Below are positions 22,859-35,020 of a stretch of DNA of 37,473 nt, piece by piece. The notes beneath the pieces are model-generated. The model did no database searches. It had not been told where the DNA came from and saw only the letters and a program-made list of their open reading frames with translations. The position numbers and the translations under genes were made by a program. The DNA is taken from the NCBI RefSeq assembly GCF_001194135.2, contig NC_069004.1, positions 23,856,912 to 23,894,384 of the forward strand, in the 5' to 3' direction. Source of the DNA: Octopus bimaculoides. Its lineage: Eukaryota. Within the stretch, counting starts at the first letter, position 1; the number at the start of each line of letters is the position of its first letter.

Positions 22859-23092
22859 ATTTCTTTCTTTACTACCCACAAGGGGTTACACACATAGGGG
22901 ACAAACAAAAACAGACAAACGGATTAAGTTGATTATATTGACCCCAGTGCGTAACTGGTACTTATTTAATCGACCCCGAAAGCATGAAAGGCAAAGTCGA
23001 CCTCGGCGGAATTTGAACTCAGAACGTAGCAGCAGACGAAATACCGCCAAGCATTTTGCCCGGCGTGCTAACGTTTCCGCCAGCTCGCCGCC
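22859..23092 (-). mobile_element. SINE family B, young copy, tail variant 3
   Basis: CpG-rich head GGCGGCGAGCTGGCGGAAACG..GAGTTCAAATTCC, central GCTTTCGGGGTCGATTAAATAAGTACCAG (recalled as Meta-domain-like, unverified), tail CCCCTTGTGGGTAGTAAAGAAAG. Confidence 0.9.
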
Positions 23093-23134
23093 TTATATGT
23101 ATGTGTGTGTGTGTGTATCTATATTTATTCCCTA

Positions 23135-23298
23135 TCACTGCTTCACAAGCAGTGTTGATTTGTTTATGATGTCATAACTTAGCACTTCATCAAAAGAGAC
23201 TGATAGAATAAATACATGTCTTTTAAACCGAAATGTTAATACTAGACCTTTCAATTTGGTGCTGCAGCTTGGCAGCAGTCCAAATATAAGACAAAAGA
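23135..23298 (+). mobile_element. SINE family A, diverged tail fragment
   Basis: TAACTTAGC..AAAAGAGACTGATAGAATAA..GGTGCTGCAGC. Confidence 0.65.
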
Positions 23299-23984
23299 TA
23301 TGACCGAGAAATAGGAAGGCATTACCAATAAGGTGAACAGCAAACTTTTGGAATCATTGCTTCATAGATGTTGTTCTAATTTAAGAAAATTCCAAAGAAC
23401 CTGACCAAATATTAGTGTTGGATGATTTTGTTCTCATTCTTATTTAATTTATACATTCTGTTTTGTTGGAAAAGAAATTATACGCTTGAAATGTTTTAAA
23501 TAAGTGACACTCATTTTTGTGGCTTTATTGATACTGCTAATAATTGCATTAAGCTAATTTAAAATGTTAAAGTGTTTGAAGTAACATTATTTAAAAATGT
23601 GTTGGAAATTTTCTTTCTATTCATATATAGTTTAAATCATATGTGATTAAATAACGAGAAATAATTAGCATTTAATCACTAGTTAACTGGGTGGCGCCAC
23701 TGTATATCCACTCAATAATAATCATGTTACTGTTTCAACAACGAGATCAAACTTTGTCATCTGTTAAGTATCCGAACCTCATCTTTCATCTTTTCGCAAC
23801 ATCTCACTGTTACCAAACGTAACATTTGGTGTTCGTTAAATGTTTAATCTTGAAGGAAAGAACAGCAAAATAAATATAAATAAATTATAAAATATTTAAA
23901 AAATAAACAAGCAGTAAACATTAAATAAATTAATAAATAAATAAATAAATAATCACAAAATCAATAAATAAACAAATCTCTGTT

Positions 23985-24486
23985 GATCTCTGATGTGTAT
24001 CTGTGTGTGTGTACATGTATGTGTGTGTACATGTATGTGTGTGTGTACATATATGTGTGTGTGTATTTGTGAGTGGGTGTATTTCTGTTTGTAATGTGTG
24101 TGTGGTTGGTTGTATTTTGCTCCGTGTCTTATGATGTGTATGTGTGTATATATGTGTATATTTGTGCCTGTATATATGTATGTATGCATGTATGTATGAT
24201 TACATGTGCGTATAGTTTTGTGTGTGTGTGTGTGAAAGAGAAAATGAATGTGTGTGTATGTCTGTTTATGATTGTTGTGCATGTTATGTATACATGTGTA
24301 TGTATGCATGTTTGTTCATTTGCATCTGTGTATGCATGTACATATATATGTGCATATGTGTGTGTGTGTGGAAAAGAGAGGGAGAGAGTGAGGGAGAGAG
24401 GTAGGGAGACATGTGAATGTGTGTTTGCTTCTGCATCTTTCAGTTTGTGAGTGTGTTTGTATATGTGTTTCAGTTTATTGTATGTG

Positions 24487-24519
<33 letters not shown>

Positions 24520-25090
24520 TTGTGTTTCTTTCTGTGTGTGAGAAAGAGTGACATACTGTGTGAATGTGTATTTGCATATGTTTGTTTGTATGTTTGTGTG
24601 GGTATATATGTGTTTGTGTATGTTGTGCATGTGAGTGTTGATGTCTGTATGTATATGTGATAATATGTGTGTGAATATGCATGTATGTATGTGTGTATTA
24701 AAGTGTGTATGTGTGAGAGAGAGAAAGAGTAAGGTGAATACACATTGTGAACATGTATTTGAGATTGTGATTGTGTGTGTCTGTATATTCAGGTATGTGT
24801 TTCCATATGTTTGTGAATTTATGTATGTGTGTGTACATATGTATAGACATCTGCATGTGTATGTGTGTGCTTGTGAGACAGTCAGACAGTGTTTGAATGC
24901 TTTTGTGTGTGTGTGTGTGTGTGTGTGTATTTAATGCGTATGTTATTTATGTATGCATTTCTATAGATGTGTATCTGTTTGTCTTTGTATGTGTACATAT
25001 GGGTGTGTGTTTGCGCGTGCATTTGTTTTCTTATGTATTTATCTCTGTGTGCCATTTCATTTGTATGCTGAAATATTTGTGTATGTGAAC

Positions 25091-25131
<41 letters not shown>

Positions 25132-25673
25132 TGTATGTGTTTGTGTGTCTGCACTTATGTATGTGTATATTTGTATATACATGTATATATATATATATAT
25201 GTATGTATATACATATATCTATGTATATACATATATATATATATATGCATATATATAATATATATGTATGTATATATGTGTATACATGTATATATATATA
25301 GATGTATGTATATATGTATATACATATGTATATATGTATGTAAATATGCATCTATATATATATATATGTACGTATATATATATGTAAATATACATACATT
25401 TACATACACATACATATATTTCTTTCTTTATCTATCTATCAATCTTTACATGTGTGTGTGTGTGTATCTGAATGTATTGTATGTCTATATATGTGTGCTT
25501 GGCTTCTGTAAACTCTTTACATCTATTCATGAAGTATACTGAATTGTTTTGTTGGTTATCTCATGTAAGAGCAACATCCTGTCATACAGGAACATGACAT
25601 GCACATATATATGTACATACAGATATGCATACAAGTATTCTTACTGACTCATAGACACATGTTCGTATATCTA

Positions 25674-25750
<77 letters not shown>
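23985..25750. repeat. Long degenerate (TG)/(TA) low-complexity tract
   Basis: About 1.8 kb dominated by purine-pyrimidine alternation. Confidence 0.9.
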
Positions 25751-25753
<3 letters not shown>

Positions 25754-28100
25754 GGGAGTTAATAGTAATAATGGAACAACCCTCCCGCATGATAAGTGAT
25801 ATGTGCTAGTCATTACAAATACTGTGATGTCGAGCAGTCAGGGTAGTCGGTCATAGATAGTTGTGTCTTACTAACTATACTGCTATACCAGAGTGGATCT
25901 CATAACAGTTCAATGTTGGATTACAACAGTGACAATGAAGAATTAACAAACTCTCAAGAATTAAACAAATTCACAAAAGTTTTTTGTGCAAGTTTTACAG
26001 TATACAAAATTGTAAAATTATGGATGATTTGTTGGCTGGTTTGCTTGAGATGCAAAAACTGCAAGAACAACAACAATTACTATTACAACAACAGATGCTG
26101 CAATTAATGATTAGTAAGTCATCCATAAATGCTGAAATGATGTTCTCACGAGATTATGTTGTAAACTCAATAACAGAATTTGAGGATAAAGCAGATGAAG
26201 AGGTTACTTTTGAAGCGTACTATAGAAGATATGAACAAATCTTCAATAAAGAATGCAAAGATTGAGACGACAATATGGAAACGCATTTACTCTTAAGAAA
26301 ACTGGCAGCAGGAGCACATGAGTGTTACAGCAATTATGTACTCCTGAAAACACTTCTGACATAAAGTTTAAAAATACAATAGACATATTGTGCAAAATTT
26401 TTAGTGAGAAAAGTTCATTGTTCAATACATGCAGGAAATGTTTGAACCTAGAAAACAATGAGAAGGACTACATCACATATGCTGATAGAGTTAACAGGGA
26501 ATGTGAAAAGTTCAAACTGGATGAATTAACACCAGACATGTTCAAATGCCTGATATTTACTTTGGGACTAACTGCAGAGAAAGATGCAGAAGTAAGAATA
26601 AGAATTCTTGCTAAGCTGGAACAAAACCAAAGTGTAACTTTATAACAAGTGTCAGAAGAGTGTGAAAGAATAATAAATTTAAGATATGACACAGAGAAAA
26701 TTGATCATAAAAATTGCTCCCAAGTGAAACAAGTGCTAAACAGGCAGAATAGAAATCAGGTGTGTACGAAAATACAGTACAAACAGGACAAGAATAAGGA
26801 AAAATAACCCATATTTTGCATGTAGAGGTCTACACTTGAGAAAAACTGCCCACTTAAGGAAGTGGAATGTTTCCATTGTGGAAAAATTGGACATGTAAAA
26901 GTGCACTGTGAAACCAAGATGATAAATGTTGGAACAAATAAAAAAGAATAAACAAGATGCTGTCAAAAGAAAATGGTAATGTGATAAAGAGGAAATTCAT
27001 AAATGTGAAAATTGAAAATATAAGAGTAAAAATGCAGTTAGATACTGAAAGTGATATTATCATTGTGAATGAAAAAACTTGGAAGTATATCAGTAAACCA
27101 AAATTAAGTAAATCTACAAAGTAGCACATGATGTTATGGGTAAAAGATTGTATTTTGTAGGTGAATTTGTGTGCAATGTGACATTTCGTGACCAAATGAA
27201 AACAGCAAAAATATGTGTTAAAAAATTCAGTAAATCTATCTGGCACAGATTGGATGGAACTGTGCAAATTGTGGAAGATTCTCATAAGTGTTTTGTGTGA
27301 GAATATAGCCGGTTCATTTGACGGTTTGAATGTGGCTGAGGGATTGAAACAAAAAATAAAACATTTATTTCCAGATGTTTTCTTGTATGAACTGGGCTGC
27401 TGCACAAAAAGAAGGCAAAAATTGTAATAAAACGAAAGGCAACACCTGTATTTAAGCCAAAACATGTCCCGTTTGTGGCATTAGAACAGGTACATAAGGA
27501 ACTTTAAAGCCTAGGAATAATTGAGAAGACAGACTAGTCAGACTGGGCAGCACCTACAGTCTATGTACAAAAGAAAAATGATATATTAAGAGTTTGTGCA
27601 GATTTTTCAAAAGAGTTAAACAATTGCTTAATCTCATCTAACTACGCATTGCTGAGTCCTGAAGAAGTGTTCGCAAAATTAAATGGAAAGAAATTCTTCT
27701 CAAAATGAGACCTCTCAGAAGCATATTTACAAATCCAAGTAGAAGAATGTTCAAACTTATGAGCTATTAATACACAGCATGGATTATTTAAATTTAAGCG
27801 ACTTCCCTTTGCTGTCAGAGTGGCCTTTTCGATATTTCAACGAGTAATGGATACAATGGTGGTGGATAGTGATTTTGCTATCGCTTATTTAGACAATATT
27901 CTAATAAAAAGCGAATCACATAAACAACATGTAGAACATGTAAAAAGGGTATTGGAAAAGATAAGAGAATACGGTTTTAGGTTAAGTGAAGAAAAATGCA
28001 AGTTCTTTCGGAAAAAAACATAAACACTTGGGCCAGATAAGAGATAAAAATGGACAGAAACTGGATCCATCCAGAGCAACTGCAATAAAAAATATGCCTA
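25751..28100 (+). mobile_element. Truncated, inactivated Ty3/Gypsy LTR retrotransposon (Mag-clade-like)
   Basis: Putative 5' LTR 25751-25928 ending TTACAACA; gag (NSITEF..TFEAYYRRYE..SSLFN..VNRECEKFKL..FKCLIF) from about 26020; two Cys/His knuckles near 26810-26910; protease QLDTESD at 27041; RT SDWAAPTVYV..RVCADFS, DLSEAYLQ, RLPF, AYLDN (27886-27897); homology ends at DPSRATAIKNMP; no RNase H, integrase or 3' LTR. Confidence 0.92.
25929..25940 (+). promoter_or_regulatory. Degenerate primer-binding site of the Gypsy element
   Basis: GTGACAATGAAG directly after the LTR end CA; reachable from a GTGGCGACGAGG-type PBS by four transitions (inference). Confidence 0.5.
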
Positions 28101-28269
28101 CTTTGTCTCTGAGGAAGACAGTCTTACTGTTGAAATATGGTCCATCTCTACTTATTACAAATCATATTGTACTCTTTTTATTATCAATAAGATTATATAA
28201 TATGCTGCATAAAATCTCTCAAATCTTCAGGTTGCACCATAATTTAAAACTGGTAAATAGATATGCTAC

Positions 28270-28690
28270 TCTCTTTTATGTTTTACTTGTTTCAGTCATT
28301 AGACTGTGACCAGGCTGGGGCACCACCTTGAAGAATTTTTTTTAGTTGAATGAATTGACTCCAGTACTTTATTTTCTTAAGCCTGCATGTACTCTATTGG
28401 TATCTTTTGCTGAACCACTAAGTTATGGGGATATAAACACACCAACACTGGTTGTCAAATAGTAGTGGGGGACAAACACGGACACAAAGACACACACATA
28501 CACAGATGTGTAGTACATATATATACAATGGGCTTCTTTCAATTTCTGCCTACTAAATCCACTCACAAGGCTTTGGTTGGCTTGAGTCTATAGTACAAGA
28601 CACTTGCTCAAGGTGCCACACAGTAGGACTGAATCCAGAACCATGTGGTTGAGAAACAATCTTCTTACCACACAGCTATACCTGTGCCTA
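28270..28690 (-). mobile_element. SINE family A, full length
   Basis: Head and tail match. Confidence 0.88.
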
Positions 28691-29000
28691 TAGAGGTACA
28701 TCACTGCATATATGCTGTCAAATGGTAGTGTCAAATAGTGTCAAATAGAGGTACATCACTGCATATATGCTGTCAAATGGTAGTGTCAAATAGTGTCAAA
28801 TAGAGGTACATCACTGCATATATGCTGTANNNNNNNNNNNNNNNNNNNNNNNNNNNNNNNTATAGAGGTACATCACTGCATATATGCTGTCAAATGGTAG
28901 TGTCAAATAGTGTCAAATAGAGGTACATCACTGCATATATGCTGTCAAATGGTAGTGTCAAATAGTGTCAAATAGAGGTACATCACTGCATATATGCTGT
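28691..29000. repeat. 55-bp minisatellite with identical units, interrupted by an N gap (28830-28860)
   Basis: Unit TAGAGGTACATCACTGCATATATGCTGTCAAATGGTAGTGTCAAATAGTGTCAAA starts at 28691, 28746, 28801, 28863, 28918 and 28973. Confidence 0.95.
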
Positions 29001-29407
29001 ACTTCAACATAACAGCATATCATTATTTACATCCATAAGTTAATGAAATAACTTAATTAGATTTACTAGATAAACAAGGCAGTTGTAAAGGTGTGTTATG
29101 GACAGTAAGATCAAAAGAAATAACAAAGATCAACTGGACGATGCTGTTTCTGTTTATTAACCTTTACCAATAATCAGATAATCTATGTCCAAAGCCAAAT
29201 GTGACATTGTGTTTAGAGTTACGGATGTTGTTATGCTTTGAAACTAAATCAGGTTGAGTGAGCTGAACATCAGGTACATTTTCAGGTGTTTGCTCTGTTC
29301 CAGAAATTAGCTGTCACTGCATCTGTAAACTAATTAAATAAATTAATTAATTTTGCTCGATATATGAGACAGTCATAATAGTCTCTTGTTTATTATATGG
29401 CCTTTAA

Positions 29408-29623
29408 GGTGTCAAGCTGGCAGAATTGTTAGTACACTGGGTGAAATGCTTAGCGGTATTTCATCTGTCTTTATGTTCTGAGTTCAAATTCCACCAAGGT
29501 CGACTTTGCCTTTCATCTCTTCGGGGTCAATAAATTAAGTACCAGTTGCGACTGGAGTTGATGTAATTGATTGATCCTCTCCCACAAAATTTCGGGCCTT
29601 GTGCCTAGAGTAGAAAAGATTAT
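29408..29623 (+). mobile_element. SINE family B
   Basis: Full match, tail GTGCCTAGAGTAGAAAAGATTAT. Confidence 0.88.
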
Positions 29624-30168
29624 ATGACCTTATATNNNNNNNNNNNNNNNNNNNNNNNNNNNNNNNNNNNNNNNNNNNNNNNNNNNNNNNNNNNNNNNNN
29701 NNNNNNNNNNNNNNNNNNNNNNNNNNNNNNNNNNNNNNNNNNNNNNNNNNNNNNNNNNNNNNNNNNNNNNNNNNNNNNNNNNNNNNNNNNNNNNNNNNNN
29801 NNNNNNNNNNNNNNNNNNNNNNNNNNNNNNNNNNNNNNNNNNNNNNNNNNNNNNNNNNNNNNNNNNNNNNNNNNNNNNNNNNNNNNNNNNNNNNNNNNNN
29901 NNNNNNNNNNNNNNNNNNNNNNNNNNNNNNNNNNNNNNNNNNNNNNNNNNNNNNNNNNNNNNNNNNNNNNNNNNNNNNNNNNNNNNNNNNNNNNNNNNNN
30001 NNNNNNNNNNNNNNNNNNNNNNNNNNNNNNNNNNNNNNNNNNNNNNNNNNNNNNNNNNNNNNNNNNNNNNNNNNNNNNNNNNNNNNNNNNNNNNNNNNNN
30101 NNNNNNNNNNNNNNNNNNNNNNNNNNNNNNNNNNNNNNNNNNNNNNNNNNNNNNNNNNNNNNNNNNNN

Positions 30169-30495
30169 GTGGCCATGCTGGAGCACCGCCTTTAGTCGAG
30201 CAAATCGACCCCAGGACTTGTTCTTTAGAAGCCTAGTACTTATTCTATCGGTCTCTTTTGCCGAACCGCTAAGTTATGGGGACATAAACACACCAGCATC
30301 AGTTGTCAAGCGATGTTGGGGGGACAAACACAGACACACAAACACACACACACATACATATATATATACATATATACGACGGGCTTCTTTCAGTTTCCAT
30401 CTACCAAATCGACTCACACGGCTTTGGTCGGCCCGAGGCTATAGTAGAAGACACTTGCCCAAGATGCCACGCAGTGGGACTGAACCCGGGACCGT
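30169..30495 (-). mobile_element. SINE family A, young copy
   Basis: CpG-retaining, close to the other copies' shared sequence; tail runs into the N gap, head clipped near 30495. Confidence 0.9.
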
Positions 30496-30573
30496 GTGTG
30501 TCTAGATATATATATCTGTATACACACACATACATACACACATATACACAAAAATTCATGCACACACACATAC

Positions 30574-30688
30574 CATCGTTGTTTAATGTCTGTTTTCCAT
30601 ACTGGCAGGGGTTGAATGGTTTGACAGGAGCTGGCAAGTTGGATAGCTACACCCGGAGCTCCATTTGCGTGTTTTGGCAAGGCCAAGC
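30574..30688 (-). mobile_element. RTE-type 3' UTR stub
   Basis: GTTTAATGTCTGTTTTCCATACTGGCA matches 20613 and 35861. Confidence 0.7.
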
Positions 30689-30690
30689 AC

Positions 30691-30803
<113 letters not shown>

Positions 30804-30955
30804 CACATGCAATGTAACTACACACCTGCTGTTGGTGATTTCTTTTCCTTCCTTGGACTTTTCTCTCTCCTTTCCAATGAAGTGCATGAAGCCAATACAT
30901 TCCTTGTGCACATCGTCTTGTTGTCTGTTAATTTTATTTGTTTATTTGAATTGAC

Positions 30956-30990
<35 letters not shown>

Positions 30991-31032
30991 GCTTTTCGCA
31001 AGCAGCGTTGATTTTTATAATTCCGTTGATAA

Positions 31033-31218
31033 TAATATTTTACAAGCTTGTAAGCGATCACCATGTAATGACTAAAGAAAATAGTCTAGTATTGGAGTAT
31101 CTAAGTCCTTGATGGAAAAAAGTTTTTTCCATTGAGAGCTTTTATGCCCCAGTATTAGATTATTTTCTTTAGTTGTTGCATGGTGATTATTTACAAGCTT
31201 TAAGCTTATAAAATATTA
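31033..31218. repeat. Fold-back (palindromic) element, probable old MITE
   Basis: Arms 31044-31121 and 31123-31200 are 78 nt each, 61 identical, 1-nt loop; outer TAATATTTT / AAAATATTA extension. Confidence 0.93.
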
Positions 31219-31222
31219 ATAC

Positions 31223-31383
31223 ATAGGTGCAGGATGGGCTGTGTAGTAAGAAGCTTGCTTTGCAACCACATGGTTCTGAGTTCAGTCCCACTGTGTGTCA
31301 CCTTGAGTGAGTGTCTTCCATAGCCTTAGACTGATCAAGGCTTGTGTGTGGATTTGGTACACAGAAACTGAAAGAAGCGCATC

Positions 31384-31429
<46 letters not shown>

Positions 31430-31637
31430 TTGTGTGTGTCTCTGTGTTTGTCCCCACTTCGTCGCTTGACAACCAATGTTGGTGTGTTTATGTCCCATAA
31501 CCTAGCAGTTTGGCAGAGGAGATCAATGGAATAAGTACTGGGCTTACAAGGATTAAGTCCTGAGGTCAATTTGTTTGACTAAAGCAGTGCTCCAGCATGG
31601 CCACAGTGAAATGAATGAAGCAAGTAAAAGATTAAAA

Positions 31638-31638
<1 letters not shown>
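31223..31638 (+). mobile_element. SINE family A, full length
   Basis: Head, (TA)n(TG)n and tail match. Confidence 0.88.
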
Positions 31639-31676
<38 letters not shown>

Positions 31677-32118
31677 TCTTAAAAAGATAGAGCTCAAAAT
31701 CAATGCATTGAAGATACTTTATTGCAGCAACAATTATAATAACAGAAACAACCACAATAAGCCAAACCTATATATACAAAAACTCACCTGTGAGCTTTTT
31801 GCTAAGACTGTTAACAGATACTATATATTTTGTAAAATTTTGTTTTATAAAAGTATATATTTAATNNNNNNNNNNNNNNNNNNNNNNNNNNNNNNNNNNN
31901 NNNNNNNNNNNNNNNNNNNNNNNNNNNNNNNNNNNNNNNNNNNNNNNNNATATATATATATATATATATATACAAGAAACAGCTTTTTCTTCTTATTAGA
32001 AATGATTTATGGAAAATACAGCTATGTTCTAGTTTGATTCTTTTCATTTTTGCATAAGGTTTTCAGATCTGCATATCAGATCCTTATTATTTGTTTGGAA
32101 GAAGAAAGTTCCCTAAAG

Positions 32119-32488
32119 CTCAGGCATGATTGTGGAATTAAGAAGTTCACTTTGCAATGACATGGTCTCAGGTTCAGTCCCACTGTGTTTCACTTTGGAG
32201 ATGTGTTTTCTACTAAGATTGACCAATGCCTTATGAGTGGATTTGGTAGGGGAAAACTGTGTTGAAGCCTGTCATATGTATGTGTGTGTGTTTGTGTGTT
32301 CTTGTGACCTGCTGCTACTTGACAACCAGTGTTGGTTTGTTTGTATCACTGTAACTTAGCAGTTTGGCAAAAGAAACTGATAGAATAAGTACCAGACTTA
32401 ACAAGAAAATATATTGGGGTTGATTTGTTCAACTAAATCTTCAAGGTGGTGCTCCAGCATGGTTGCAGTTCAATGACTAAAACAAGTA
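32119..32488 (+). mobile_element. SINE family A, diverged full length
   Basis: Head and tail match. Confidence 0.82.
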
Positions 32489-32748
32489 GTATCCCATCAG
32501 CAATATAAACAAGATTGCATTTTACACCAAAAGCCAATATGAGAGGTCGCTCGTGGTGACTACTGCTTTCACCTAGTCTTGTAGGTTTATCAAATTTTGA
32601 TGAACCTACAAGACTAGGTGAAAGCACTAATTTATAAAACATGTGACATATGAATAAAAATCTGTAAATATACAACCATCCAGACATCTGAGTACCTGAT
32701 TATTATTTTTTTTCTAATATATAATTCCTGTACATCACCTCCAAACCT

Positions 32749-32826
<78 letters not shown>

Positions 32827-32867
32827 AGGAATTACCTTTTGTAAACTTATAAACACCTCATTATTAA

Positions 32868-32925
32868 AGTGGGACTAAACACGGAACCATGTGGTTGGAA
32901 AGCAAACTTCTTAGCACACAGCTTT
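32868..32925 (-). mobile_element. SINE family A, head fragment
   Basis: GGGACTAAACACGGAACCATGTGGTTGGAAAGCAAACTTCTT. Confidence 0.7.
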
Positions 32926-32949
32926 GCCTTTACAGAAACAGCAACAATA

Positions 32950-33168
32950 AACATTTCTACTTCAGGCACAAGGCCTGAAATTTGAAGGGGAGGGGGACTC
33001 GTCAATTACATCGACACCAGCGTTTGACTGGTACATAATTGATCGACCTTCAAAAGGATGACAGTCAAAGTCAACCCTGGTGGAATTTGAGTCCTGAATG
33101 GAAATACAAAGAAAATGTTGTTGAGCATTTGGCCAGCTTGTTAATGGTTCTGCTGGTTTGCCACCTTA
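32950..33168 (-). mobile_element. SINE family B
   Basis: Head-to-tail match; AAC/AAT flanks. Confidence 0.82.
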
Positions 33169-33185
33169 GAAATAACAACAATATT

Positions 33186-33385
33186 AATGGTTTCAAAGTT
33201 TGGCATAATGCCAGCAGTTTGACGGGAGGGGTCAAATTAATTAAATAGTACCAGTGCTCAACTGGTACTGAGTTTACTGACCCCAAAAGGATGTAGGACA
33301 AAGTTGACCATGGCAGAATTTGAACTCAGAATAAAATAAATGCTGCTAAGTATTTTGTCCAACATGCTAAAGATTGCAGCCACAG
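33186..33385 (-). mobile_element. SINE family B, diverged, tail variant 2
   Basis: CCCCAAAAGGATGTAGGACAAAGTTGACCATGGCAGAATTTGAACTCAG; tail resembles the 21035 copy. Confidence 0.75.
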
Positions 33386-33619
33386 TAAGGATAACAATAA
33401 CATCGACAACAAGAACAATACTACAGAAACAATCAAACAAGCTGAAACCAAATCACTAATATCATGCCCACCACCACCACCACCACCACCACCATGATCT
33501 CAGAAACACCAACTACAAAAGGCTTCAACAATATGAACACCAACAACAAAGAAAAGTGATCTAGCATCCATTTTTTTGTTCATGTTTTGTTTTAAAAAGT
33601 GATATTTTCATCCATTTAT

Positions 33620-33716
33620 ATTATATTACATGTATGTGTATGAGTCTGTAAATGTGTGTGTGTGTATGAGAGTATATACATATGTAAATATGTGTGTATG
33701 TATGTATGTATGTATA

Positions 33717-33755
<39 letters not shown>

Positions 33756-33910
33756 GCATGTATACATGCATTTAAATATATGTATATACACTTGTATGTA
33801 TGGACCTTTCTGTGTCCCTTTCTCCCTCACATTCTCTTTCTCAATATATATATGTGTGTGTGTGTATACATGTTCATAAACATACACACACTCATGTATG
33901 TATGTGTCTG

Positions 33911-33947
<37 letters not shown>

Positions 33948-34322
33948 TATACACACATGTACATTTATTATGTGTGTGCTTGTGTGTATATAGGGCAAGT
34001 GTGCTGGTGTGTTGCACTTATACATTAACACACACATGCATGTATATGCATATGCACATGGACATACATGCACCTAAACACAGTAAATAGGCAACATGTA
34101 TACCAATTTCTTAAATAATTTCATTCGTTGCCAAAACTTGTTCATTTCAAAGTAACGTTTATTTATTATTAGGAATAAACACTGCTTCTAAATTGACAAC
34201 ATAAATAACATACAAATGCAGGCACACATACAAACATACATACATACATACATACATACATGTACATATATACATATACACATACATACACACATACATA
34301 CATAACACATATACTCACACAC

Positions 34323-34361
<39 letters not shown>

Positions 34362-34478
34362 CATACACACGCATACACATATACAGATATACACACATAC
34401 TTACATATACACACACACATGTGTGTGTGTATATATATATATATATGTATATATATCTATATACATAATATATATACA

Positions 34479-34520
<42 letters not shown>
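33620..34520. repeat. Compound (TG)/(CA)/(TA) microsatellite field
   Basis: Direct inspection; a short unique spacer lies near 34080-34190; ends at the N gap 34521-34761. Confidence 0.9.
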
Positions 34521-35020
34521 NNNNNNNNNNNNNNNNNNNNNNNNNNNNNNNNNNNNNNNNNNNNNNNNNNNNNNNNNNNNNNNNNNNNNNNNNNNNNNNN
34601 NNNNNNNNNNNNNNNNNNNNNNNNNNNNNNNNNNNNNNNNNNNNNNNNNNNNNNNNNNNNNNNNNNNNNNNNNNNNNNNNNNNNNNNNNNNNNNNNNNNN
34701 NNNNNNNNNNNNNNNNNNNNNNNNNNNNNNNNNNNNNNNNNNNNNNNNNNNNNNNNNNNNNCTCCATTTTTCCTTATTTGTATTTATATTTTTCTGTATT
34801 TTCTTAGAAAATTATTTTCCAATAATTCTTATTTGAATGTTTCGAATATGGAAGTATTGATTTCCTCTGAAGTGTTGTTGTGCTGCTGCTGCTGTTGCTA
34901 CTATTGTTGTTGATATTGTTGTGTGTTGTTTGGAAGCCACCCACTTCTCTCTCCCACTCCATATATATATATATATATATATATAACTCTCTCACCTATA
35001 TATATACATATATATATATT

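Noticed and set aside
23685-23705. GGGTGGCGCCACTG as a CTCF site or retroviral PBS
   Set aside because: Only a partial motif match, with no adjacent LTR.
28691-29000. 55-bp repeat as a CRISPR array
   Set aside because: Units are contiguous and identical with no unique spacers; eukaryotic context with no cas genes.
29290-29335. Minus-strand acceptor TTTACAG followed by DAVTANFWNRANT*
   Set aside because: Too short and unrecognised; no upstream exons support an antisense gene.
30822-30920. Minus-strand exon-like segment (QQDDVHKECIGFMHF..)
   Set aside because: Acceptor lacks a pyrimidine tract and the peptide is not recognisable.
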